Shown here piece by piece: positions 61,801-64,000 of a stretch of DNA of 64,000 nt. Origin of the DNA: Phoronis australis. Taxonomy: Eukaryota > Animalia > Phoronida. Both the position numbers and the translations under genes were made by a program. Under the pieces are notes generated by a model that saw only the letters and a program-made list of their open reading frames with translations, was not told the DNA's origin and searched no databases. Each line of letters starts with the position of its first letter. Positions within the stretch are counted from its first letter, which is position 1. The stretch lies in contig NMRA01000021.1 of the NCBI GenBank assembly GCA_002633005.1, positions 1,390,077-1,454,076 of the forward strand, given 5' to 3'.

Positions 61801-64000
61801 GATTTGATGATGAAATTATTCGAAAATAATTTCTACTTTGACTTAACTGGTGTACAGGAGAATGATGATTGGGAGTCATGGAAAGAATCTTGTTGAAGAA
61901 TTGTTATGTTTTGTTTAATTAACACTAGTATTTTTAGTCACTTCTCCTTGTAGTAAGGTCTTCTACATGTAGATAAGCTTATATATAAATCAAGTTACGG
62001 GCAATTTAAATCAACCGATAGTGTGTGTGAATGAGTGTATGAATGTCCTCCTTTGCTCCCTTTTTAAATAGTCTAATGTTAATTGTACGCCCATGAACTA
62101 ACAGTTCCATTTTATACTTAATATTTGTTCTGTACGATGCATTGTTATTTACATTGTAAGGATAGCTAGGGCCACCTTAACACGGTCATGTTTTAAATAA
62201 TAATATGATTTCTGGATAAATAAGTGTATTACATGAAAAATAATAACTTGCCAAAAATACTCACAGATGTTAAATATCTGTAGCCTTTGATTTCAGTGTC
62301 AACGGTTTTGTAGTTGGTTGTAATGACTTCTTAAAGAAAGGTTTTCATCTGTTCGACTTCTGATTCTCATACTAATAGAGGAGAAACACAGGTTTTTCTC
62401 TTCAAATTGATTGTTACTCTAATTGTTCTGGCCGTGTGTCTGTGACTGGGATTTTAATTGCGTTTCTACGGCAACTGCAATTAGCGAATGCACAAAGCCC
62501 TGTCAACCCTGTGGCGATCTTTTGTTCGTTGCAGACGTTTGTCTATCTAACTGGGCTGTGGGTTAAAGGTGGTAACAGTGTCGGTGTCACCAGACATTAG
62601 TTGATGGAAATTCTAGTATCTGCCTTGCGTCTGCTGCGTTGAAACAGTTTGCACGATAAGATGAAATCATTTTTTCTGTTACAAATTCTTGTTAGATATT
62701 GTTATGGAATTCAAAATTTTTGACTACAACATTTTTACAGGAAAATTATACCTATCTTGTACAAAGATAATCTCTAATGTTGGCTCTTTTATGCGTTCAC
62801 ATAATATTTATAAGCGTTTCATTATTCAAGGCCTTCTAAAATTGTGAGTGCCCGCACTTTTCAATTAAATATGATGATGAGCTGTGCTAAAGAAATTGAA
62901 TGGAAAAGCATTAATTTTAGTGCTGCATATCTTTTATGAAAAAATTAAGAAATGAAATTTCACTATCTTTCGTATTGTCCGCTAAATTGTGATTTTAAGA
63001 TAGTTCGCTTTGTTGTCTGTGAAATGGTTAATAATATCTAAGGCAAGTTTTGTGTAAAAAAATAATTGCAGGTACCAAACCCACCCATGGTGCTCAGGGG
63101 GGCCCAGTGCACTGATCACCTGCAAACATTTTACCGCTTTGTTGTAAAAGCGGAGCTGATAAGTTAGAGACCTATCAAGAGTCTAAGAGTGTGCGCAAGT
63201 GAGACTTCAACCCAGAAGCAGACACTAATCTCATTAGGTTACACTGCCCCCTCAAGCTTTGTTTAGAAGTGAGTTACATTTGTAAACTTAGACTACTTAA
63301 ATCTCAGTCTACTTGCCCCTTTTCATTAAATTTGTCCTATTCTTTTGTCAAAGCTGACTTTGTTTCTAACTTAGAACTCTCTCTCATGAATTTTTGTGGG
63401 CCAAACTGCATGGGATCCATCTTCAAAAATTCTGGGAAGCATCTTTCGAAACCAGCACTGTCAGAGGGCGCTGTTGAATAACACAAATCAAATTAACCAA
63501 TGGTGAATTGGAAGTTTCTGCAGCTTTGCCTAATGCAATAAGTCAATGAAAAAAAAACATTTTACAATTATGATATTTTTTGTGCATTTTTCGACGTGAA
63601 GCAAATATAAAAGTACGGTAAAGTCGCGTGATTTTCGGACACTGAAAATTAATTCCAATAGAAAAAATTCATTCTTGGACGAATCTCGCGAAATATCATT
63701 TTGTGGTGTCGGACCTCCAAATTTGGGTTTCCGCTAGTGTCCGAATTTCGTGGGTGTACATTATTTCGATGAGCGGTCGCAGTATCAACAATGCTGGCTC
63801 GGTCATTTGATAGCAGTATAATTGCAGGTAAATGAGACTCAAATGGTCTGAGCGATTAATTTTTGAAAATCTGGTTTTCCCAATAAGAAATGTGCGTCGT
63901 CGACGCACAAAGACCGTTCCCAACAAGTGTTGGTTCTTCTTTTCAAAGATGTGCTTTCTCAATATGAAATATTCGGCTTGCATTGCCGATGCTCCAAAAC

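Noticed and set aside
232-63983. Most 60-130 aa ORFs in the supplied track
   Set aside because: Short, many with alternative starts irrelevant to a eukaryote, no recognisable domains; explained by chance, antisense to exons, or repeats.

Overview
AT-rich eukaryotic (metazoan, probably marine invertebrate) genomic DNA, not prokaryotic. Bases 597-11825 hold ten phase-consistent GT-AG coding exons on the minus strand. They splice into the N-terminal 629 codons of a GANP/MCM3AP (Sac3 family, TREX-2 scaffold) orthologue: an FG-rich N-terminus, an RRM-like exon and the start of the Sac3/GANP domain. The gene continues off the left edge. A probable, possibly bidirectional, promoter at about 14.2-14.6 kb sits between two copies of a foldback (Mutator-like) element. 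From about 15 kb to the end I find no convincing host coding exon. That stretch is mostly decayed transposons: hAT-like elements with 5-6 bp TSDs, TA-flanked Tc1/pogo-like elements carrying HIRAN-like or THAP remnants, a TTAA Kolobok-like THAP element, an Academ-like element, Harbinger-like MITEs, and LINE and SINE fragments, including a four-level nested insertion. The most unusual object is a 519-bp TRIM-like element (16782-17300) whose direct terminal repeats contain a tRNA-like Pol III A-box/B-box cassette. All family assignments come from motif recognition by eye, without database searches.
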